From Macrostomum lignano (taxonomy: Eukaryota), in the NCBI GenBank assembly GCA_002269645.1, contig NIVC01002352.1, positions 1 through 64,000 of the forward strand: a stretch of DNA of 64,000 nucleotides. Reading direction: 5' to 3'. Positions within the stretch are counted from its first letter, which is position 1. Every line of letters starts with the position of its first letter. Below, piece after piece: positions 45,201 through 57,522 of this stretch. A program made the position numbers and the translations under genes. The notes below the pieces were generated by a model. It saw only the letters and a program-made list of their open reading frames with translations. It did not search any database and had not been told where the DNA came from.

Positions 45201-46107
45201 CTCTGCTGACACTAAAATCGGCCCCTCTGCCGACACTAAAATCGGCCCCTCTGCTGACACTAAAATCGGCCCCTCTGCCGACACTAAAATCGGCCCCTCT
45301 GCTGACACTAAAATCGGCCCCTCTGCTGACACTAAAATCGGCCCCTCTGCTGACACTAAAATCAGCCCCTCTGCTGACACTAAAATCGGCCCCTCTGCTG
45401 ACACTAAAATCGGCCCCTCTGCTGACACTAAAATCGGCCCCTCTGCCGACACTAAAATCGGCCCCTCTGCTGACACTAAAATCGGCCCCTCTGCCGACAC
45501 TAAAATCGGCCCCTCTGCTGACACTAAAATCGGTCCCTCTGCTGACACTAAAATCGGCCCCTCTGCTGACACTAAAATCGGCCCCTCTGCTGACACTAAA
45601 ATCGGCCCCTCTGCTGACACTAAAATCGGCCCCTCTGCTGACACTAAAATGAGAGTCCTGACACCGAATCTGGCACCTCGATCCCGACCGCGACTTCCAA
45701 CAGTGACAACGGCAATAGCTGCGCAAATCTCAATCCTCTCCGCCATCTCAGCAGGCAGCAGCAGCTCCTCCTCCGAGGCCGATGGCATCTCCAAGAAGCC
45801 GCCGAAGCCGCCCCGGCAGCTGCTGGAGCTGCGCATCGACGGCCTCCGTTCAGAGCTCGAGTCCGTCAGGCGCGACTCCGCCCAGCTGCTGGCCCGCCTG
45901 CGCCAGGCCGAAGCTGCTGCCACCTCCGCCGAGCTTCGAGTAACCGAGGCCGAGGCGAAATCCTCCGCTCTGTCCGCTGACCGCCAGGAGCGAGTCCGAG
46001 ACCTGACTCAGTTCATCGACCGTCTGGTGGCCCGTCTGATGGACAGCGGCTTGGAGCACCTGCTGGAGAGGCAGCAGCATTCTGGCAGCCGGCTGGTTCA
46101 ACAATGA
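42246..46107 (+). CDS. RAB11FIP: Class I Rab11 family-interacting protein (C2 domain + C-terminal Rab11-binding domain), ~365 aa
   Basis: Exons 42246-42309, 42382-42426, 42524-42638, 42726-43195 and 45704-46107 are phase-consistent. C2-like IIMTIYSALNLP...GNPKWEI...LLGQAELPLS is followed by a coiled coil and the FIP-RBD VRDLTQFIDRLVARLMD. The last acceptor is uncertain (see findings). Confidence 0.8.
43259..44718. repeat. Nearly perfect 44-bp minisatellite, ~33 copies
   Basis: Unit CTGACACTGGAGTTTGTGCTCCTGTACAATAGTGAGTGCAACCC. Each copy carries a GTGAGT donor-like hexamer. Confidence 0.98.
44809..45648. repeat. 24-bp minisatellite, 35 copies (IGPSADTK in the Rab11-FIP frame)
   Basis: Unit ATCGGCCCCTCTGCTGACACTAAA, no indels. 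Confidence 0.98.
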
Positions 46108-46108
46108 G

Positions 46109-46144
<36 letters not shown>

Positions 46145-46359
46145 AGTTGCGGTCCCGGACTCGATTCCGGGCTAGGCTGCTTTTTTTCTGCTTCAGCAGT
46201 TGCTTAGTTAGAAGGACGGAGGCTTCGGTAAACTAAAAAAATTAAAAGTACACTGTGGGATCTCCTGTATTCGTGTTCAGCACTAAAAGTTTCAGAAAAA
46301 TCAATGGAGCAGGAAAACACAGTCATTTCGAATTAAAAGATGGTCATTCAATCTGCTTC

Positions 46360-46645
46360 CGATTGTAGCCTAGTGGTCAGAGCGTCGGACTCACGACTTG
46401 AAGGTCGGAGGTTCGATTCCCGATCCCACTCGGAACAATTTGTGTCCTTGAGCAATTGACACTTAACTCTGCATTGCTTCAGTTCACCCAGCTGTAAAAT
46501 GGGTGCCAGCATTAGCTGTGGTGTGTGGCAACCCCCAGTCCATGGACTGAACAGCCGTACGCAGCCTTCAGATGCGCCGCGCAATAGCTGCGGCTGAGCT
46601 GTCGGTTGCACATCTGCCGAATCTGGCCCAATAACAACTATTATT
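46360..46645 (+). mobile_element. tRNA-derived SINE, near full length
   Basis: A-box TAGCCTAGTGG (46366-46376) and B-box GGTTCGATTCC (46410-46420). The central TGTGTCCTTGAGCAATTGACACTTAAC...CACCCAGCTGTAAAATGGGT resembles conserved SINE central domains. It has an (ATT)-type tail and a second copy at 31232-31502. Confidence 0.85.
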
Positions 46646-47748
46646 GTTATTCCAATTGAAGGAAATTACAGTTCCTATCTCCGCAGTGTATTTTTAGCTT
46701 AAATCCAAGCCTTGAAAACCATTTTTTAAAAACAAAGCTCGCCGTCCTTCCACTTTAGCAGTCCTTGATTGTGTTAGGTCTTCCAAATCGTGGCTCCATG
46801 CAGTGAAAGTCAGACATACCTTAACTGTGTATTATTTTCCATAAACAATCTCCTTTACTGCTCAAATTTTTGTTATTGTTTTTGTTAGATTTCGGCTAAT
46901 TTATGAATATTTATTTACTCGAAGCTCAATATTTTTTTAATGTCTTCCCACAGTTTATACACAAGCCTCTGTCCGGCAGTGCTAAAGAAGTTTGTAAAAA
47001 TATCTTTACGGTATCAAAAACAACACTGGATCCTGCAGGCTGCCGTGCATTTAAACACCGCAGAGATTCTTGTTTCTGTAAATATATGTCTCGAGACTCG
47101 CATAAATTTGGCAACAACTGAGCTTGAATTTGGGGTTAAATTTTTCTTGCTCAGAGTAAACACAATCACGAACAATGGAGCATCTTGGCTTGAGTTTCTC
47201 AGTCTTTCTTTGCATGTTGGCAGAGCTGAAAGAATAAATTTATTATTTCAATGCGGTTTAGTTAGTGAAAAATAGTATTAACACAGTGTCTACTACTGTA
47301 AGTAGCAGAACAGGAATATTTGTTGCTTGCAGGGCAGAGATTGCTAAGAGAAATATTTGAATTTCAGCATAAAATCCAGCAAAGGTTATGCATGAGTCAA
47401 CTAATACCAATGAATGGCGGCTTTCACAGGTAGATTATGCTAATGAGCCACCTGGAGAAAGTAAGTGTGGCCTGTTTGCTGAAGCTCGCATCTCTGAATG
47501 ACAGACAGCCGCATAAGCCTGATCAACTTCCGGCCCCGGTGTCTGCAGCATGTCTGCTTCAGGCCTAGAGGACTAATTAAATTCAGTGCCGCAGGATCTG
47601 CTAGCGCCTATACAGGGCGAGTCAGAAAATTGTCAACAAAAATGGAAACACGAGACCAGTTTACGAAGAACGTTGCTGGAATTTGAAATGGGTTTGCCCA
47701 GACTGAATGACTCAAGCAGCTGCCTTACGGAGATAACAGAGAGCAACT

Positions 47749-48790
<1,042 letters not shown>

Positions 48791-49389
48791 TGGCACTATT
48801 TTACTATAGATTTTGACTTTACATGTAGTTTCGGCGCCATCTGACTCTTGCTTTGGGGCCACTCTGAATCTATTATAGGCGCAATTTATGACTAGATTTG
48901 GCGCTGACTCTGAAATAATCAACCGCTTGTCGGAGCTTTGACAGGGCATATCGGGTGGGTTGTAGGGGGGGGGGGGCTGTGGGGTTAGGGAGCTAATCCC
49001 ATAGCAAAGGGCTAAGCGCGGCAGCCTTCAAAGAAACCCCGGCCGAGGGTTGTGACTCATCTGAAGCCGACTTACTCCCGACCCAGGCCTCCCCGTTGCC
49101 AGTTAAACTAATCTGGCCAAAACTACATGCGCTCCGTGAGAAGCTGCTGCTGGCTCAGTTCAAGTCGGATGAATTGGCTGCGCATTGTAAAATTATACAA
49201 GCGTACGGGAACGAGCAGGGTTTTATGGCTTTTCACTTTTCCCTCACTTACCCCTACCGCCGCCCCCCCCCCCGTGTTCCGATGCAGTTCGCCCTGTAGA
49301 TTTTATATTGCCAACCTTTTGTCACCAAAACCTTTTGGCAACTATTTTCAGCCAGTCCGTATCGAAATTTATTTTATACCTCCTGAAGG

Positions 49390-50702
49390 ATCTGAGACGG
49401 GTATATATTCGTAGCAATACCCACTGAATAATCTGACACATGTATGTATTCGTAGCAATACCCACTGAATAATCTGACACATGTATATATTCGTAGCAAT
49501 ACCCACTGAATAATCTGACACATGTATATATTCGTAGCAATACCCACTGAATAATCTGACACGGGTATATATTCGTAGCAATACCCACTGAATAATCTGA
49601 CACATGTATATATTGTAGCAATACCCACTGAATAATCTGACACGGGTATATATTCGTAGCAATACCCAATGAATAATCTGACACGGGTATATATTCGTAG
49701 CAATACCCACTGAATAATCTGACACGGTTATATATTCGTAGCAATACCCACTGAATAATCTGAAACGGGTATATATTCGTAGCAATACCCACTGAATAAT
49801 CTGACACGGGTATATATTCGTAGCAATACCCACTGAATAATCTGACACGGGTATATATTCGTAGCAATACCCACTCAATAATCTTACGCGGGTATATATT
49901 CGTAGCAATACCCACTGAATGATCTGACACGTGTATATCTATAGCAATATCCACTGAAGAATCAGAAGGGACTGAATAGCCAGCTGGATCATCTAAATGC
50001 CGGTTTGCAAGCTTGGCAAACCTAAAAGTACATTGTACGAATCGCCAAACCAACTATGCTGCATTCCAGCCCGCCTTTGCTGCGCCATTCCAGGGTTCGA
50101 ATGCACTCGCAAATGTCATTCGTGCCGAGCCGGAACTGGGGCTAAGCACTGGACTGACAGACAGTCCGTCTGGCATTTCGCTGGGCAAGGCTGGCAGACT
50201 TTGGGCTGCGTAGTTTCGTGTTGGAAACGTGAGAATTATAGAGATATGAATGAATTCTGGAATGCACATCTGTGCACTGAACTGCTTTGTGCTGATCTGT
50301 GGCTTTTCTGTTCACGCATCCTCTGATTGTCTCTGTCTCTCTGCCTGTCTCTGTCTCTCTGCCTGTCTCTGTCTCTCTGCCTGTCTCTGTCTCTGCCTGT
50401 CTCTGTCTGTCTGCCTGTCTCTGTCTCTCTGCCTGTCTCTGTCTCTCTGCCTGTCTCTCTCTCTGCCTGTCTCTGTCTCTGCCTGTCTCTGTCTCTGTCT
50501 GTCTCTGTCTCTCTGCCTGTCTCTGTCTGTCACTGCCTGTCTCTGTCTCTCTACCTGTCTCTGTCTGTCTCTGTCTGTCTCTGTCTGTCTCTGTCTGTCT
50601 GTCTGCCTCTGTCTGTCTCTGTCTCTGTCTGTCTCTCTGCCCGTCTCTGTCTGTCTCTGTCTGTGTCTGTCTGTCTCTTTCTGTCTTTATCTGTCTCTGT
50701 CT
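49390..50702. repeat. 41-bp minisatellite (49390-49950) and TC/TG-rich array (50317-50702)
   Basis: 41-bp unit is GTATATATTCGTAGCAATACCCACTGAATAATCTGACACGG. Confidence 0.95.
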
Positions 50703-51217
50703 CAATATGTTTACCAGTCCCTCTACCTGTATCTATCCATATCTCTCCTTGCCCTGCACTGTGAATCGTCAACGAAGTGAATTGCATCAACCACATTAGC
50801 AGCTCGAGCCCCAACAGTCTCGCAGCTGTCGTGCAAAACCAACTGGCCAATTCATGCCAAACTGTTTTCAAATGCAATCAAAATGTCAAGCGAACTCTTA
50901 TAGCTATAAGCGTTACAGCCCGAGCCCGATACATGAATGAGTCACTCAGCCCAGCTAGCGGCTCTGAACAAATATTAACTGCATTTCATAGTGGCAAATG
51001 ATTTGTGAGCGTCTATTGTATTGATGTATTGATTTAAGTGTGCCAGATAGCTGGGCACTGGCAATATTGTTGTCGCCTTATAAACACTTTTCGATGACGC
51101 TTCGATCGCAGAATTTCTTTACAACATTGACCGAGTCCGACAAGCATGGAAGAAGCACTTCAGGCTTTAACTTTATCCTATAGAGATAGCGCTGCTGCTG
51201 CAGACTCTACTTATAGC

Positions 51218-51662
51218 CCTAACCTAACCCTACCCTAACCCTAATCTAACACTGCTGTTGATCCAAGTTCTAACCCTACCCTAACCCTAGCCCTACCCAA
51301 ACCCTACCCTACCCTAATCCTACCCAAACCCAAACACAAACCCAAACCTAAACATAATCCTACCTAACCCTAAACCTACCCTAACACAAGTCTACCCTAA
51401 CCTTAAACCTACCCTAACCCTAAACCTACCCTAACACAAGTCTACCCTAACCTTAAACCTACCCTAACCCTAAACCTACCCTAACACAAGTCTACCCTAA
51501 CCTTAAACCTACCCTAACCCTAAACATACCCTAACACAAGTCTACCCTAACCTTAAACCTACCCTAACACTAAACCTACCCTAACACAAGTCTACCCTAA
51601 CCTTAAACCTACCCTAACCCTAAACCTACCCTAACACAAGTCTACCCTAACCTTAAACCTAC
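51218..51662. repeat. Interstitial telomere-like CCCTAA-rich array with a ~49-bp higher-order unit
   Basis: Many CCCTAA hexamers embedded in CTACCCTAACCCTAAACCTACCCTAACACAAGTCTACCCTAACCTTAAAC. Confidence 0.9.
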
Positions 51663-51964
51663 ACATCTACAATGACAGCAGAATTCAGTGATTTTAAAGC
51701 GACCCCCCAAAAAATACGGTCAGTTAAATCGAATACTTAGTGCCGATGACCACCGCATGCTTGACTTTGACTGCTTATGAATGATCCCTACTCCTTCTGG
51801 GGGGCTAATTAATGACCTCGCAACCGCTGGTTACAAGGAAGCAAGCATATTGCAGTGCTGGCAGGCGGGATGGGGGCGCATCTTTACAAGCTTTTTACCA
51901 TTTACCAAAGTTTGGTGCACAGGCCGCTGGACTTACCTGCCTGCGCGCTGTGACTCAGTAAAGT

Positions 51965-52135
51965 AGGGAGGGGGGCGGGGCGGGGGTTCGTAGATATCAA
52001 GGTGTGCGCGAGCGTGGGTGGATAGAGGGCGCGCGCCGATGCTGCTGTGTGAGTCAGCCGCTGCATCAGTTTAGCTGCTGCGCCAGTGAAGTAGCTGTAT
52101 TTAGCGTCAGGCCTGGTTTGGCAAGATGGCGCTGA
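51965..52135 (+). promoter_or_regulatory. Possible GC-rich promoter
   Basis: GC boxes (GGGGCGGGG), TGAGTCA and YY1-like CAAGATGGCG (52122-52131). No downstream gene identified. Confidence 0.25.
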
Positions 52136-52339
52136 TGGCTTTGGAAGCAGTGAATAGATTAAACGATGGTCGAGATCACCTTGGTGGACACTTTAATCAA
52201 ATATTTACAAGCGACATCCTTGATGCGTATCTAGGGGTGGACATTGGACTGGCGTGATGAGAGATAGCGAGAGAGTCAGAGGGATCTGTTTTTATAACGA
52301 ATGAATTATTATAATTAATTTCACTGGGTCGCTGCAGAG

Positions 52340-53280
52340 GAGAGATTGATGAGTGAGACAGAGAGAGTCCAGATGGGTGAGATTGATGAGTGAGACAGAG
52401 AGAGTCCAGATGGGTGAGATTGATGAGTGAGACAGAGAGTCCAGATGGGTGAGATTGATGAGTGAGACAGAGAGTCAAGAGAGGTGAGATTGATGAGTGA
52501 GACAGAGAGTCCAAGAGGGGTGAGATTGATGAGTGAGACAGAGAGTCCAAGAGGGGTGAGATTGATGAGTGAGACAGAGAGTCCAGAGAGGTGAGATTGA
52601 TGAGTGAGACAGAGAGTCCAAGAGGGGTGAGATTGATGAGTGAGACAAAGTCCAGAGAGGTGAGATTGATGAGTGAGACAGAGAGAGTCAAGAGAGGTGA
52701 GATTAATGAGTGAGACAGAGAGTCAAGAGGGGTGAGATTGATGAGTGAGACAGAGAGAGTCAAGAGAGGTGAGATTGATGAGTGAGACAGAGTCCAGAGA
52801 GGTGAGATTGATGAGTGAGACAGAGAGAGTCAAGAGAGGTGAGATTAATGAGTGAGACAGAGAGTCAAGAGGGGTGAGATTGATGAGTGAGACAGAGAGT
52901 CAAGAGAGGTGAGATTGATGAGTGAGACAGAGTCCAGAGAGGTGAGATTGATGAGTGAGACAGAGAGTCCAAGAGGGGTGAGATTGATGAGTGAGACAAA
53001 GTCCAGAGAGGTGAGATTGATGAGTGAGACAGTGAGACAGAGAGAGTCAAGAGAGGTGAGATTAATGAGTGAGACAGAGAGTCAAGAGGGGTGAGATTGA
53101 TGAGTGAGACAGAGTCCAGAGAGGTGAGATTGATGAGTGAGACAGAGAGTCAAGAGAGGTGAGATTGATGAGTGAGACAGAGAGTCAAGAGGGGTGAGAT
53201 TGATGAGTGAGACAGAGTCCAGAGAGGTGAGATTGATGAGTGAGACAGAGAGTCAAGAGGTGTGAGATTGATGAGTGGAG
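52340..53280. repeat. ~32-35-bp GAGATTGATGAGTGAGACAGAGAGTCAAGAG minisatellite
   Basis: Direct reading. Confidence 0.95.
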
Positions 53281-56200
53281 TGAGATGTCTGTCGAGAGCC
53301 GTGAGTGGGGATGGCTCACTTTCTCAAACTGCATCAAAAATGTTTCACACCAACTAAGATCAAATAATGAATATCCTGGAGAAGGGATTATTGCGAGAGA
53401 GGTTGGAAGACTTGTCCACAGTGAAAGATGGGGATTTATGGATTAAAGAAAGTTAGGGAGGTAAAAGGCTGGACAAGAAAGTGGCTGATGAAGCTGGAAT
53501 ATTCAAAATAAAGTAACGAGCAGGTCACGCAAGCCAGCTTCTATTAGAGATTACTCAGCTATAGTGTTGAGCAGAGCAGAGCAGTGACCCCAAAACTGAG
53601 TAAAGGTCAATCCCTGCAGCTGATGGACAGATGCAAAGATGCTGCATTGATTGAGCCTGCAGCTGTCAAAACCAAAAAGGAAAGCGTTACTGTGGCCCCG
53701 CGGGTGACTGGGTGAGCATGGAGAGCTGCAGAGAGTGCTCAGACTGAGTTCTGCTGCTCAGCTATCTAGATAAGCTGGTAGAAATCTGTGAGCATTGCGT
53801 AACACCACTCACTCACTCTTCTAATTTCCTTTGGCGCCTATCACTCTGCCTTCTTTTGCCCTCTCTTTCTTTGATGAAGCTCTTTCCTGCCTCTTTGGCC
53901 CGAGGGCTGCGGCCCGAGGTGCCCTCCAGATCTCTCTCTCTCTCTCTCTCGCATCCAGAATCACGTGATGATGGAACCCGCGCGGCAAGACAGCGACCGA
54001 GTTGACCTGAGCTGACCCTGCGAGTCGTGTGTGCAGGATTTAAGATTCCAGGAGAAAGGGAGGCTGGGGAAGTGCAGGGGGTTCCATTTCTCAGGTCAGA
54101 AACTTTGCCTCATAGATGCTTTTGAGCTTGAGTCCCAGGCTGTCTACAGTATCTATCTCCATCTATTCATATATACAGTAAAGCGAGGCTCTTTGAGCTT
54201 TGGTTTGTCAGCTTCATCGCAATGAATCCGGTAATCACGTGATTTCTCCTCTGCATGCCGACATTGGGACTGCGGACTGTAGACCAAAGCGGGTGACCTG
54301 AGGTGACCTCTGCTTCCCCATTCCTTCTCCCCTCCGCTGCTGCCGCTCAGCATATTATCATTCTTCCTCATCGATTTTAACTGGAAGGGAGGAACCGTCC
54401 ATGCGGTTTAGAACCGCTCCGTTCCCTGGCAAATCCCGGGGGTGAACGAGTTGGATACGGAGGGGGTCTCCCACTCCCCCTCTGCCCTTAACTAGTGCGA
54501 ACACATTTCTAGATGCCATGCGTGTGGGTGGGCTGGATTGGGTTGCTCTGGCCTTGGGGTTGCGCGCCTCAAATGTCTTTCTCTCTCTCTCTTCTCTCTT
54601 TCCCCTTCTCTCCTTACCGCGTGTGCACCAAAGCAGTACGGCCGACCTCAGGAGTTGGATGAGACGAATAGACGACCGGACCGCCGGGTTGGCGAGGGTC
54701 GAGAGAGGAGGGAGAGAGAGCGAAAGAGACGGAATAAGAGAGAGGGAGAGAGGGAGAGGGTTAAGGGAGGTACAGAGAGGCTCTCCTGCCTGACCTATCC
54801 GCCGCTCCTACCCTCCCGAGGCCGCAGTCCCGCGTTGACCTGGCACACTCCCTGTGCGCCGTTGGGGGTGGGCGGAACGGGTCAGGCCGGGACAGCGGAG
54901 CCGGCGCTGCATAAAAAGGCCGGGGGTTCGCTCGAGGTGGCTCCCCCCGGCCGCCTTATTCTGGGTGGGTACAAGAGCGAGACCGGAGAGCCTGGTGTTC
55001 TGCGCTGCCCGCCCCTACAGGGGGCCGACCGGGTGTGTTGGCGCTCTGACACACGCACAAACCCGGAAGGAAGGCGAAACGTAAGCAGCTGGATTGTCTT
55101 TCTCTGTTTTGCTCATAAAAATCCCGATATACATGTAGAGCGTTTCTCCCCTTATGTTGAGTTATGACGCTGACAAAAACATTCAGTCTACTGAGTGCAT
55201 GCGCACTTTCCCAGCGCAAAGTAGATCTTCCACTCCGGAGTGGCAGACGAAATTGAGGAAGGGCAATGCAACAGCGGAGATCCACGCAGCCTACTTCCGC
55301 ATAAGCTAATGGCGCAATTTGTGTTTTGACTGAACAGAGGTTTCAAGCATTTATTTAGCCGAATTTCAGACGTCTAGAATGAACTCCTATTCCGAATTCA
55401 TTAACCGGAGAATTTACTCCGGAAACCAGGAGACCAAACTTGCGATCAAAGCGGGTTGGTGATCAGCCGGTGACACAGGCAATTAGCTTACCTGCTGACA
55501 AAGCGGTATACCTGTCACCGGGTGGTCATTCATCCGCAGTGCGCAGGTAAAGCAGCGCCCCCAACTGTAATCCCACTCTAACTATCGACTCTATAGGTCA
55601 GCTGAGGAGCTACTTAGAGTGCCTTTTAATGTTTAAATTCATTTTTTTTATTTTCCAGGAACTCACATGACCGGCAAACTGACTGGCAACTGGGAGGCAT
55701 TGGGTGTACAAGAGACCTATTGTGCGTACACTGTACCTGTACCAATTTGAACTAGCATTTCTATTAATATATAGCAGTAAAGCTTGTTAACACCCCCAAT
55801 TCGCGCCATGCTAAGCTTCGCTCATTTCTTTTTCATAATAAATTTTAAATAATCTTTTCTTCAATATGTTTTGCCCTAATCCAGCTATATGACAGCTGCC
55901 TATGGCAACTGCACCGAAGCCGCACTGTGATCCATGCAACTTTGAATTGTCGCGTTCAGCAGTCACGTGACCTATATCACGTCTTGCGCGCGAAATTTAA
56001 ATTGTTCAGTAAATAGAAAATTTTTGTTATATCCCTACAAGCCCATTCTATTATTATATTGTTTAGTTACCCTGTTGAGCAGCCGTGTTTACAGTGCAGT
56101 AAAGTTCCATAGTTCCGTAGCGGTGCAGGTCTACTGAGGGCAAATGCTTTTTATTCCCAATAGGTATAACCGTTGTTCCGACTCCCCATGTTATATCTCA

Positions 56201-56711
56201 TTTTTCATCAATCGATAGCTGATGCGTTTTAGTACACAAAACTGTACAAATTAGCTGGTAAGAATATCAGCGTCATCCAATGATCATATAACTAGATTGT
56301 TTTTGTCGTCTTCAGAGACGCTCCACGCTGTCTCCAGTTGTAACATGTAGACAGTTGTAGACATGACAAGCGGCCATCAATTGCACTATAAATCTATCTG
56401 ATTGCACCCATAGAGTCATCTATACAGAATCAGAGTCTGTTTAAAACATCAGGTGTCCATTTTCAAGGCTTTTAGTATTCATTTTGCATTCGAGCTCTCT
56501 TTCATTGCAATTCAACCATGAATTGTTTGTTTCAAATAAATATATATTATTAAAATTTGCTGGGGCAGCTTCAAGTGTGTCTGATGTTGCTTCATTCCTT
56601 GTCTCAACTATACAATAAATTAGTTTGTGGTATGAGTTCATTCTTGAAGCAAAATCCATCAATGAATGAGTTGCTACAGTTTCAGAACATTGTCCTTCTG
56701 ACCACTCCGAC

Positions 56712-57522
56712 CAGTCCTCTGATCTGACAACCCCTGGTCTCTGAGATTGTAGTCCTCTGACACCCCAGTCCTCTGATCTGACAACCCCTGGTCTCTGAGA
56801 TTGTTGTCCTCTGACACCCCAGTCCTCTGATCTGACAACTCCTGGTCTCTGAGATTGTTGTCCTCTGACACCCCAGTCCTCTGATATATGACAACCCCTG
56901 GTCTCTGACATTGTAGTCCTCTGACACCCCAGTCCTCTGATATATGACAACCCCTGGTCTCTGAGATTGTTGTCCTCTGACACCCCAGTCCTCTGATACA
57001 TGACAACCCCTGATCTCTGACATTGTAGTCCTCTGACACCCCAGTCCTCTGATATATGACAACCCCTGGTCTCTGACATTGTAGTCCTCTGACACCCCAG
57101 TCCTCTGATATATGACAACCCCTGGTCTCTGACATTGTAGTCCTCTGACACCCCAGTCCTCTGATCTGATAACCCCTGGTCTCTGACATTGTAGTCCTCT
57201 GACACCCCAGTCCTCTGATATATGACAACCCCTGGTCTCTGACATTGTAGTCCTCTGACACCCCAGTCCTCTGATATATGACAACCCCTGGTCTCTGACA
57301 TTGTAGTCCTCTGACACCCCAGTCCTCTGATCTGATAACCCCTGGTCTCTGACATTGTAGTCCTCTGACACCCCAGTCCTCTGACACCCTAGTCCTCTGA
57401 CACCCCAGTCCTCTAACATACATCTCCTCTGACACCTCAGTCCTCTGACACATGTCCTCTGACGCCCTAGTCCTCTGACACCCCTGTCATCTGACATCCC
57501 TGTCCTCTGACACCCCTGTCCT
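56712..57522. repeat. ~58-bp composite CCTCTGACACCCCAGT minisatellite
   Basis: Direct reading. Confidence 0.95.

Noticed and set aside
46360-46430. tRNA gene (also 115-185 and 31440-31502)
   Set aside because: Acceptor and anticodon stems are poor, and the heads continue into SINE bodies.
46954-47490. Open frames and splice-like signals after the SINE; TACAGGGCGAGTCA (47611) as a Tc1/mariner-like end
   Set aside because: No homology recognised and no matching second terminus found.
49020-49120. HDV-like ribozyme (P1 GGCAGC/GTTGCC, P2 CCAGG/TCTGG, CTAA); also GGCGAATGGG at 382-391
   Set aside because: There is too little sequence for P3/L3 and no P1.1, so the nested double pseudoknot cannot be formed.
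54400-55150. GC-rich, hairpin-rich stretch resembling a non-LTR retrotransposon leader
   Set aside because: No RT/endonuclease motifs or complete ribozyme fold identified.
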